A stretch of DNA of 64,000 nt from Aplysia californica (lineage: Eukaryota). The notes beneath the pieces are model-generated. The model saw nothing but the letters and a program-made list of their open reading frames with translations. It did no database searches and was not told the origin of the DNA. The translations under genes were made by a program, and so were the position numbers. How positions within the stretch are numbered: the first letter of the stretch is position 1; each line of letters begins with the position of its first letter. Where the stretch lies: positions 427,848 through 491,847 of the forward strand of contig NW_004797656.1 in NCBI RefSeq assembly GCF_000002075.1, given 5' to 3'. Of this stretch, positions 48,718-60,700 are shown piece by piece.

Positions 48718-51700
48718 AAAAACAATTTTTGGGATAAGTTTTGCTAAGTTTGCAATGGAATAGGAACAGGATAAATTCATTTTGCATCATGTAAGTTTGC
48801 AAGTAATATCATCTTGTCACCAACTGAAATTGTCATTTTTTTAAACAAATTCAGAATATTTTTGTGTATCAGATACTTGATAGTGTCATGGCCAGCCTAG
48901 GAAATATATAAAGACTTTAACATCCCCACTATGGTTTTTATCCTTTCTTCAGAAAACACCTTTAGGGAGTCATGTTCAGTGATGTGTTCTGTAAATAGCT
49001 GGAGTAGCTGTCAGTACTGTTAATGGTCAACTGAATGTTATGCTTTGAAAAAATTGTTTCTGGAGGTGGTTCTTGTCCTTGCTTTCCAAGCAGAAATATA
49101 ACAATTATGCCCCTGATTTGGCGATTTGCTTGTTGTATTCTCAAACATCATCTTACAGCTAAAAGAAGTGTAGGGTACTTGAAGTACAAAGAGTATTGGC
49201 AGTTGTTTGTAATGGTACCAAAACATGTTTGTGTGGACCAACTTTGCTGGAGAAAATACAACAGCGAACATTGTAAGGTAAATTTTTTTATATGTCACTT
49301 CATGTTATCTTTTTTCCACTTCCACAGACAATTTGTATTTATTGTGACTTTCATGACATATCTGGGCTGGTGTGTTAATTACCCAGAGCTGTTTGATGAA
49401 ATCCCACACAACACCACTCGCAAGAAGACTTTCGACGATATCACGTATCCATTCGGCACCTGCGTTTCCAGGTTGGTCTCTTTTTAAAAATTTTTGGAAA
49501 CATACTTCTCCGTGTTTATTCTCGCCATCAACCACGTCACTGCCGGCCAGCCTGTCAGCCTCCTCATTACCCTTCACTCCAGAGTGCCCAGGTCAGAATA
49601 TCCATGTGATGGCTCTAAGTGATGAGTGTTGTATTGGGTTCATCCGTTCCCTCCAAAGCAGCCTTTTCGCAGGATGCTCTGGGAGTCTGTGACAATAATG
49701 AGATGGGTAGTTCTTGGTCTTGTATTTTGAAGCCAGCCAAGCGCTCTTGTTACGGCCTCAATCTCCATTTTCTTGGTGGAAGTTGTTCTTTCTATGGCCC
49801 CTGACATGCTATGAACCTGTTTGTTCCCACTGCACACCGCAAAACCCCATCCACTTCTCTCACCCCTCCTGACTGATCCATCCCTGTAGATCACTAGGTC
49901 CTCTGGCTTAGAGTGCTCCTCAATTAACTGTCGTATGTTCGTGACTCAGTGGAGTAGAGCAATCCCTCGCCTTCACTCATCACCACCATTATTTCCAAAA
50001 TTATCACCGCTCTCAGATCAATGACTTACATCTGAAATCCTGGAATCTCTCTCTGCTGTAACTGTTACTTGTTATACTAAGTATGCACGTAATACACTAT
50101 TGGACACCATCATACACACTTTTAAAAAAATAATCAGATGGCGTCAATCTCATATAAATAGGCAAGGGATAAAAAAAAAATTGTCGTACGTCATTGTCGT
50201 TAATGACAGCAGCACATTCCCGTCTTTCACGACCCATAGTGATGTGAACGTTGGCCAGGCTTCTGCAATCGGGGCCCGGTTCAAGCCATTCCTTTCCACT
50301 GCATATTTCATCGATGCCACAAACTTTCCTGAAGGAGTCTTCAGCTTCTGCCATCCATGAGCTGCCCTGTTTGATCCTATTTCCTTTGATGTTGCTTAGG
50401 TTGTCGTGCAAAGGGTGCCTCGGGTCTCCCAAAACATTCAAGTACAGCTTTTCCTGTGCCACCTTATGACTCACTCTGATGCTGGCCAGGTCTTTGTTTA
50501 GTTTTTAAGCTGTGTCAAAATGATTTCCTTTCTTCCTTTATGCATTATTTGGTGTGCTTCGTACCCAATAACTTTAAAGAAATGTTGGTAAACTGTTCTT
50601 ACCTTACTTCTTTCTCAAATATTACTCGATCTGAATGATTACTGAAAAGAATGATATACATCTATGAGACCATACCATTTGTTCTCAATTATAACGTCAA
50701 AAAAGATTATACAAGGATGGATCAACCATAGAGTTTACAGTATCATGAACTTAAGTGAGACAGATCAACAAGATTGTTCGAGTGGAGAATAAATTAAGAT
50801 AATGAGGCCTCATTTAATGCTTAAATCAGGGGGTTTTTTGTGGGTGGTTGGTGGGTGCTCTGGCGTGGTCTACTCCTTCTTTCCTATCAAGCATTCTATC
50901 GTCCTTATCTCTCCTCTTTCAATTTTGTATTTGTTACTCTCTTGTAACACTCTAATCTTCAGCACTTATATGTCCTAATAGTGTTGCAACTTCCGTAAAA
51001 CTTTCATTAAGACAAACAATTTTTTTCTGTTTCGACATACTATTTTTTGTTTGTTTATATTTATATCTGAAATCAGCTTATTTCTATTCTTAATTTCTTT
51101 TTGTTCATTATTTGTCATGTCATCATTGTTGATATTTATATTTCAGGTTTGACTTTTGGACCTGGCTTCTTCTAGTTCTCTGCTGTTTGTTCTTCATTGG
51201 GCGCACTATTAAAATGGTGGTGAACTTTAGTAATTACTTGAGGACAAGGAATTTCTTCATCAGTGCTCTCAATATTGAAACAGTAAGTTGCTCAACTTTA
51301 ACTGCATGTGTGTATCTTTCAGTTCATNNNNNNNNNNNNNNNNNNNNNNNNNNNNNNNNNNNNNNNNNNNNNNNNNNNNNNNNNNNNNNNNNNNNNNNNN
51401 NNNNNNNNNNNNNNNNNNNNNNNNNNNNNNNNNNNNNNNNNNNNNNNNNNNNNNNNNNNNNNNNNNNNNNTAGTCTTGGTTCATATACCCTACGTAGACT
51501 TCTGTCCCAGGCTCAATGACTGCGAGAAAACTTTTAATAAGAACTTTTCCAATTTTTTTAACGGGTCCGCAACCAAATTTGAAATAAATTATGTTTGATC
51601 ATCCAGACGCCATATTTTATGCTCAAATTTGAATTGATGGTGCGTTAACCATGTTTTGGAGTAACCTAGAAAAGGCTCTCTATGTTAGAAAATACGCTGA

Positions 51701-54700
51701 ATTCAAGTCCAAAAAGCGACAATGTCAAAGAGGTCTGTTCGGGGATGTAGCAGTAAAGAAGGCTTTTCAAAGACCCCAATTTACAGAATTTTAAACCATG
51801 ACTTGAAAATGAAGGTACATTACATTTTTGTCCACCTAAGAATAACAACAGCAGACAATGCTTTGGAGAGAAAAACAATGAATTGTGGGTTTTGAAGACA
51901 AGTGAGACAGAGGGAGAATTTTCTACACTTTGTTCACTTTTGCGACGAGGCTCATTTCTACGGGACTAGAAAAGTTACTTCTGTGAATTGTGTGTACTGG
52001 AAAACAGAAAGACAAGATGATATGAATGAGAGGAACTGAAAAAGTGAGACAAAGATCTTGTAAGAGCTACCACGCCGTAGCACTGTCAGAATACTGCATA
52101 TTTTTAGTCCGAACACAGAAATGCATTGCCTCTGATTGGGGCCATGTGAAGCATCTTTTGTAAAGCTAACAGTTGTAATGCAGATTCCTTTTTTGTGTTA
52201 AGAATTGTGTAACTGTCTCTCTGGATGGTGCCTTTATGTTTCTACCAAAGGACTTTGCTGTATTCAAAGTGTATTTTTTTTCTTTTAAAAAAAAAATTTA
52301 TGTTCCACCTTTTTTTTTGGTGGTCATCGAGTTTGGGACATCCTGTATATTCTTAAAACAAAATTTCTTAACACCTTTCCGCATGAGCTTACAGCTGTGC
52401 ACACTGAGTCATTAAACATACTCTTCTTTCATGACTGTAAGCAAGAATGTAGCCAAAGGTTTCTTTTTTTAATGAATGTCTATATTTGAGGGCCTCTGCT
52501 CTGAATGAATTTCAGAGTAATCACCTGTTCATGGGTCTGTTATTTTCATTCGTCAATATTGAATATTTACATTTTAGCTAGCCCATGTCTATAATTAGCA
52601 TAAAGATAAACTCAGCATGGTGTGTGACAGTTGAGAGCAAGGAGGAATGAAGGTGTATGTCTGCAGGCAATGTTACCTCTTTAAGACTGCCCATTATAAT
52701 ATTGTATTTCTCGTGAATGTACTGTTTGTTGTTTTAGAGAACTGTCTGTTGAGGAAAAAATCAGGTCTTGCAGAAGTGGGGCCCTGCCACCTCCATATAT
52801 TGGACCCTGGCGTAACGTTTCTCAAGGACAGATTAAAATTTTCATTCCATTCAGTTGAATACTCTACCTTCCACTTGCCCGTGAAGTTTACAAACAGACC
52901 TGCAACAGTTTTTTGCTTTTCCAGATGTTCCTTCATTACAGCTTGGAAATCTTGAAGAGTTGATAATAATAGTCTTAGTTTAGTTTTGTAAGAGTTTTAC
53001 AGCGCTTGCAACTACATAAGGTCATATGAGCGTGCAAAAAAAAGTTGGTTGCATTCACAACAGTTTACAGCAACCAACGATAGTCTGACCTGTTCTCTTG
53101 CCTTTTCCATAACTCTCTATGCATTTTGTGGTAATGAAAAGAAGTTTGTTTTTGTACTCCTTTTTTCTGATGGATGCCTGTGATTAATGAAGGTAAAGTT
53201 TATTAATCCTTTGGTCGACCACTTGTTCACCAGTTTCTTAACTCTTATCTCATCAGCTTGGAGGCAGATTTAAGATCTTAAATTTTGCTTCTAGAATATG
53301 TTGAAAGAAGATTTGAGACGCTGTATAATGTTTGTACCTTTCCCTTTCCCTTCTCCACCCATATCCCTCTCGTCCTATTTTTGCTCACTTTAGCGAGAGC
53401 TGAGTAACATGACATGGCATGAGGTCCAGTCGCGTTTACTGGAAGTTCAAAAGGAGGAGCAGATTTGTATACACAAACAGGAGCTCACCCACTTAGGTAA
53501 GGAAATTTGGTAAACTTGTAACGGTCTGAGTATACCTATGAGTATACCTAACTCCATGGGTATAAATTCAGGTATTTATGTGCTATGATGCAGAATTTGC
53601 CTACTGGTGAGTGAAGTTGCAATCTACGGTAATAAAGTCTACAACTTAAAAGCTTTTTTAAAAAAAACTATGCGTTCTTTTTATAAGTTTAGCACTGGCC
53701 ATAGAGGATTTTGGAAGTATTTTGTTTTAATCCAAGTAGTAATTGGAACTGAAATTTGATAAGAAATGTTATACTTGAATGATAAGTTATGAGCTCATTA
53801 TCTCATCACTTCAGTATTTATACATCGTCCTTTTTATGGGTTTTTAAAATGTATGCAGGGGTATTGGAGTGCTATTTTAAAAAATATAAATGCTATTAGC
53901 ACATTATTTACAATTATCTAATTTTACCGTTTTGTGTCCTTTTCAGATATTTACCATAGAATTCTGCGTTTCAAGAACTATCTGGTTGCCATGGTGAACA
54001 AAAATTTGCTCCCTCTCAAGATGCGTATGCCTCTTGTTGGAGAACAGTACGTACTCTTGTCTTGTTCTTTTACAATTAACTTTCACTTCTCTTTTTTTAT
54101 TTTTTACTTTTCAGATTTCTTAGAATTGTTTCGCTGACTTCCAATAGGTAGTTTAGCATTTCGCGGACTTCCAATAGGTAGTTTAAGTGCATATTTTCAT
54201 CTTTCTTATTCATGTATTATTGTTAATATGTGTGATTTATACTTCAACCACAATTATCCTTGTGTTGATGTTCTTCTCTTCATCTCAAACCTAAGTTTTA
54301 GTTTGAGTTTTGCAAGGCATGCAACACAAAAAGAGGTCATATAGGTGCCAAAGATAAAAGTTGTTGCTAGGGAGTAACGTACAAAAAAGGAGTAGAGATA
54401 GTTTGATAGATTTCTGAACGGAAGGTTGGAGCAAACCACACCAGAGTGCCTGCCAACCACCCACCAAACCTAAGTAAAAAAACGAATGTTATCCATGTAT
54501 GACTGTTTGATTCAATTTATCTACAAAGTGGTCTTGTGGTAGATGATTTAGTTTAACTTTAGGGTGAGTTCTGACTGAATTTTTTTGGCGAGGAAGTTCA
54601 TGACTTGAGGAAGTGCACAGCCTCTACATCTTTTGCTTGTGTTTATATTAGAACAGTCCTGGCCTTTAGATTGTATATTTTTGCAATGCTTAAGGGTGTA

Positions 54701-57700
54701 CTCAGATTCATGGAAACATTTCACCCTGTTACCATTTATGTTGCGTAAAAGCTCTAAGTTTGAGATTCATGATTTGCATAAAAGTTGACCTTTGACCTGC
54801 TGATTAAAGTTTTTAGGGTTCATTGAGCATCACCATCTTTCTGTTGAGATGGAATATCCTTTAGAGCTCGGCTGTACGCTGATAGGCAGGGTCAATGCAG
54901 CCTGACTCCTAATTTTCTTCATTGTGTCAATAGCGAAGTAACACGCTGACATTTGTTTATATGGACTTAAAAAGGGAAGATCGGTGACTTTTAGACTTCC
55001 CTGCTGTCGTTTCCGTTCCAGATGATTGGTAGGCTTTTTGTTAAGGTTTATTTCTTCTTCTTTACCAAAACTACTCTGTCATACGCTGACAAAACTCCCC
55101 CTCCGCATTTTTTTACAGGGCCAGATTTTAATATGAGCATATATGATTTATCTTTCAGTGCTCTACTTACACACGGAATGAGATTCAACCTGGACTGCCT
55201 CTTGTACTGTAAGTTGTTAACTGAGACTGGAGCATGCTTGCCTGTTGTGGGAGAGTTGTGAAGGAGGGAATACTTCTTTGTTCTTTCATAAAAGTCTGTT
55301 GATCGGGAATTTGCTAAAAGTTTTACCTTTTTTTCTGACTTTTGAAGGAAAGAGTGATGTAAGCCTACTATTTTTAGAAATGAGTGCATACACCTGGGGG
55401 GAGGGGGGCTTACTTGTGGTGTCGGTGGCCTGGTGGTTAGGCTTTCGGACTCGCAACCGTAAGGTCGCGGGTTCGAATCCTGTTAGGGGCCCGACGTTGT
55501 GTCCTTGGGAAAGGCACTTTACACGAATTTTCCTCACTTCACCCAGGTGGGAATGGGTACCCGGCTATAGACAGTGAAAGATCTTGTCAGTTTGTTAGTG
55601 TTTGAGCGCTTAATCGGCTGCTTGCACTGTATGCTTCCCGGGAAGCTGAGAATGTTTTTGGAGTGTTCTATGGTCTGCTGGGGTAATAATATTGTGTAAA
55701 GCGCATAGAGCCTGCTGTTGAGCGGGGATATGCGCTATACAAATGCTATTTATTATTATTATTATTATTATTTTGTCCAAATTCCTACAAAGAGTACCAT
55801 GAAATTAATACTACAAAGTGCTCACAGATATAACTCTTTTAGTTGATTCAGTTATGGCTTCAGTACTTCGAATAATGGATGTTCTCCTTACATACCACAG
55901 GGAGTCCATGGTCCATCTTCCTCAACAGTTACACGATGAGAGAAGAATACAGGAGTCATCACAAGAGAAAACAGCTTGCTGAACAGTAAGACCTTGACAA
56001 GTTACATTCTTCTTTTTTCAGCATAGGAAGTTCCCCATTTTTTTTTTTCTTCTCAACCATTAAATTGTATTTCTTTCCCTTTACCTAAGTTCTTGTATTG
56101 CCTTTGCATAATGTTTTACTGTATTATCCTTTTCAGTTATCCAAAAAGGTCATTTCCTTGTTCAAATATTTCAGAGTTTTCTCACTCAAGAGTATGTTTT
56201 TTTATGCGACATTTTAAGGTCATTTCAAAAGTAAGTGATTGTGCTTTGTGTTTTCACATATGTACAGGTGGATCCTCATAAAATGATAAATGTTTTATCT
56301 TGTTCTCAGACTTTCGACTCACATTGCCGTGTTGGCAGTGCTGAATCTGGTGCTGTGTCCCTTCATCTTCCTTTACCAGATCATCTACTTTTTCTTTCGC
56401 TATACTGAGGTGAGTGAGAGTAACAGAACAAAAACAATACCCTTGTGCTCACAGTTATACATGGAAAATGGGTCAAATTGTTGTACTTGGACACTTTTTT
56501 GTGCCCGGCATCGACTATTTAGGAGGTGGGCTGCTTCGGCCCTGCCTGACACGGCCAATGTAGTACACAACTTTATAGATGGGGATAGTTGTGACTAAGA
56601 GCCTCACCAGTACACCACAGATGCTGGTTAGGCCACATGCTTAAAAGCTGTGTGACTAGATTGAAAAAGTTGTAATTGACTTCCACTAAGAAAGATGGGA
56701 GGGGGGGGGGGGGGGGGGGGGAGGGGGGAATTTGCAAAGAGTTACAAAGAATAGCAGACAAGACTGTGGTTCTGCTGATTAAAGAATCAGTTTTCTCCTT
56801 GACAGCTTATCATGGCTGACAAGGAATGATATGTTTGGATGGGTTTGTGCTTTCAGCTTTGAAGTTCAAGTGAGAGGCTTGTGTAAAATCTTGTGCTGTC
56901 AAAGAGAAGGCAAAACAGGCACCATCATCTCTGCATTGGCTGGCCAACTCTTGCCACTTTGCCATCATCCCACAAGGGAGGTACAGCACCGCTATATTCA
57001 CTTGATTTTGTTCCTGTCAGTTGTTAAGTAACCATGTACAACTGAGTGATTCAGGGGGGGGGGGGTTGTTTTTTGTTTTTTTTGGTAAGTGTTTTATGGC
57101 GCTCGCAACTGCATAAGGCCATATGAATGCATGGTACACAATAAGCATTTTCGGTTTGGAAGGAATTCATTTTTAATTTTGTCCAGGTGGCTGTCGAAGC
57201 CTACTCTTATTGATTTTGGAACCACCAAGGGATCTTTAACATATACAACTTAGACACATAATCTCCAAGATTTTTGGCTCTTATCTGAGAGGGCTAGGTG
57301 TTAAATCTTACCTACCCTAAGATCAGAGGTTTGGTTGAAAGACAGCAGCAAGAAGGAGCCAAGGAGTAGCAGTAGAGGGGCTGCAGAAAGAGTCAGGAGC
57401 CCAGAGGAGGGGGCAAAGGAAAGGAGGAAGAGGGCAGAAAGTGGAGACGAGAACAGATGACAGAACATGGTTAGAGAGTAAGAAAGGAGGTGAATGGAGA
57501 ACATTTTCAGTCGCTGTCAGATTTAAAACCCAGGACCTATTGAATGAGAGGCGAACACGTACCTCCAGACCATGAGAACCCCCTTCAAGGAGAATAGGGC
57601 AAAGTGCCTTAGGTGATCCTAACTAGTTGGGTTAGGAATGGAACCCAGGATCTTTTGATTGTGAATGCCACACTTTTAGCTCTAGATGTGGACGTCTTGT

Positions 57701-60700
57701 TCAGAAAGTTTTCCAGCTCCATTCTCTCTCAAATGTTGCTCACAGAATAATTTCAAATTTATCAGTATTCTTATTTTGATGCCATATGTCTGATAGCCAT
57801 TTATTAATTTTTTTTAAACATTTGTTTGTTATTTTCTTTTTATGAATTTTTTTTTTTAAACTGTATTTGTCTTGTTTTCTTTTGCCCAGTTTGTGAAGAG
57901 GTCACCAAGCTTTCTTGGATCCCGACAGTGGTATGTGCCTTAATGACTGTTAGGTCTTTAGAGAAATTTAAGTGGGTACCCATTGAGTCAGAAGCTCTTT
58001 CTGGAGATAAGGATCAACTGTACGGTTGTACATGGTGTTTGTTCAAAATTATAGTAAAACTCAGCTGTGACTTTCACAGCTCCCAGAGCTTGAGCATATC
58101 TTTCATTGTGGGAAACAGAATAATAGTCCTAAACAGGATGCTTACCAATTACTGGTTTTGTTTATTCTGTTACAAAAATATATGGAGATGGATTTAAGAC
58201 TAGAAGGTCTGGCTTCATGAATGATGTTTCTGTATTTTAAACAACATTAAATGGGGCCTGTACCATACGATATTGATGTAACATGTTTCTGAAGTTTCAA
58301 TAAAAATAATAATACTGACTTTGAAATTTCATTTTTTCTGTCATATTGATGCTGAAATATTGTTTTTATTGTAAAGATTAGAGCTGTTGATCTTTAATTC
58401 CAAGTAAATAACAAGCCAACATGTTATTGTAATTATTTGCTTCAATAGTACTTGTATCTATTCCATTGTGATAATGCTGACGGATTATAGCTTTCTAATG
58501 TAGACGTTGACGAAAGATTGAAGATCAAGCTACTATTTTGATTTCTCATTTTTATTTTTTACTTAATCCATATGAGGATCTAAAATTTTGACTTTTTCTT
58601 TTTTCATCAATCATTTCAGGGCCAACTATGGTCGCTTATACCTTCGGCACTTCAATGAGCTTGATCACGAACTGTATGCGAGGTAAATGGTTTTCCCTTT
58701 ATTGTAGTGCTTGAGTTTTGCTCCACATGAAAAGAGTGCTTTTAAAAAAATGATCACTTCTGTTTTATTTCTCAAATACATGTCACTGATTGAGTAAAAG
58801 ATTAGCCCTTTGGTTCTGTCCTGACACTAATGTGTGTCACAACACAGTGAAATCAAGTGTTCATCAATTTTTGGGGCATGTGGAGTTATTGGTACTACCT
58901 TAAAGCTTGTTGATTTGTTTTGCTTTTGACGAAAAAAAAAACCCCGTTTATCTTGAATAGAAGTCGAGACATCTGCGATTGAAGGAGGTGGGGGGGTTGC
59001 CTGGTGTCAAAAATTTAATTTACGAAAATATGGCTGCCAAAATGTTGTGACTTCCGAGCTTGAGTGTCCTTGGAAACTTGCAAATTTCATTTTTTTTGCC
59101 ATCGATCAACTTTTGTCCATAAAATCCCCACAGAAATGTGTTTTTAAGTGGACATAACAGGTGTTGAGCAAAAGAAAAAAAGAAAGAAATTGGGCCGAAA
59201 AATGTTGGGTTTTTTAAATTTTATTATTTTGACGAGTGCCCCATTTCACCACGATGCCAAACACATGAATCTAGGAAAGAGTGAGACAGCCAAAGATCAA
59301 AATGTTGGATTGATAAGAAGGAAAAATACACGTCTCCAATCACTGATGCTCTCCAACCACTTAATGACAGCTGCACACTGTGTTGAAGCTGCATCGCCTT
59401 TTGAGATAATGCTGAAGGGGAAGATAAGATAAGCCTTTTACACTCTTCCTTTTATGAGAAATTTTTTTAACATTTTTACAGTGCTTAGTATAGGTACATN
59501 NNNNNNNNNNNNNNNNNNNNNNNNNNNNNNNNNNNNNNNNNNNNNNNNNNNNNNNNNNNNNNNNNNNNNNNNNNNNNNNNNNNNNNNNNNNNNNNNNNNN
59601 NNNNNNNNNNNNNNNNNNNNNNNNNNNNNNNNNNNNNNNNNNNNNNNNNNNNNNNNNNNNNNNNNNNNNNNNNNNNNNNNNNNNNNNNNNNNNNNNNNNN
59701 NNNNNNNNNNNNNNNNNNNNNNNNNNNNNNNNNNNNNNNNNNNNNNNNNNNNNNNNNNNNNNGCCTCTCCCCTCCCCCTCTAGATGTTGCACGATATCAG
59801 TGTTATTTAGTTATATCTAAGTAACTAGAAGAAATAGCCATAAATAGGTCAAGCTTCTGTTTTTTATTTTTTTAAACTGTTGTCAATTGCTCAATGAAAA
59901 TCTTACCTCAGGACAACGATGAGAGTCCGTTATAACTTGTTTGATGGTGAATCAAACTTTCTGGTAGTCAGTTATGAGTTGTTCTTTAAGATGTATGATT
60001 CTTAAGTATTTGCCAAGTTGTGAAAATACACTCTAAGCTACCTAGTCTTTTTTTTTTAAGTCTATGTAGGATGGTTTTGCAACTCTGTAATGATTTTACT
60101 TCATTTTTTTCCAGGTTGAACCGAGCATACATACCATCGAAGATGTACATGAACAGTTTCACTTCAGCATCTGTGACTCTTGTAGCGAAGTAGGTTTAGC
60201 TTTTTATTTTAACTCCTAAGCATTTTCTTACAAGTAGAATCAATAGCTCTATTTTGTTCATGTGGAAATCACAGAAGTTAAAGGCTTCACTTCTATGGAT
60301 TAAACCTAGTAAATTGAAGTTACTGTATTTATAATTGACAAAATATTGACTTATCTATAGATAGTTTTTTTCCCATGTAGATTTTTTTTTAAATTTGCAA
60401 ATCCAATGCATTCTTCCTTTTGAGCTATTTTACTGTACAAATAAACCAACCTCATCTCTTTTTTTTTCATTCTAGTGCATATTGTCCCCTCGTGATGAAA
60501 TGAATTAAAATCCTAATGTAGGAACTTCTATTGGCCTCTAGGTATGTCGCTTTCTTTGCTGGAGCCCCAGCCGCAGTGCTCTTCATTTTGGGCGTCCTGG
60601 ACTTCAATGATGTCACCAAGGTGGAGCATCTGTTCACGGTGGCTTCTGTCTGTGGTAAGGGATATACTCTGTACGAGTCATGCTTGAGGGTTATACGCAA

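Noticed and set aside
54130-54187. 30-bp tandem duplication in an ATG9 intron
   Set aside because: Two-copy local slippage with no further structure.
55416-55495. tRNA gene
   Set aside because: The tRNA-like head continues into a SINE body and tail and is duplicated at 31.5 kb; it is a SINE.
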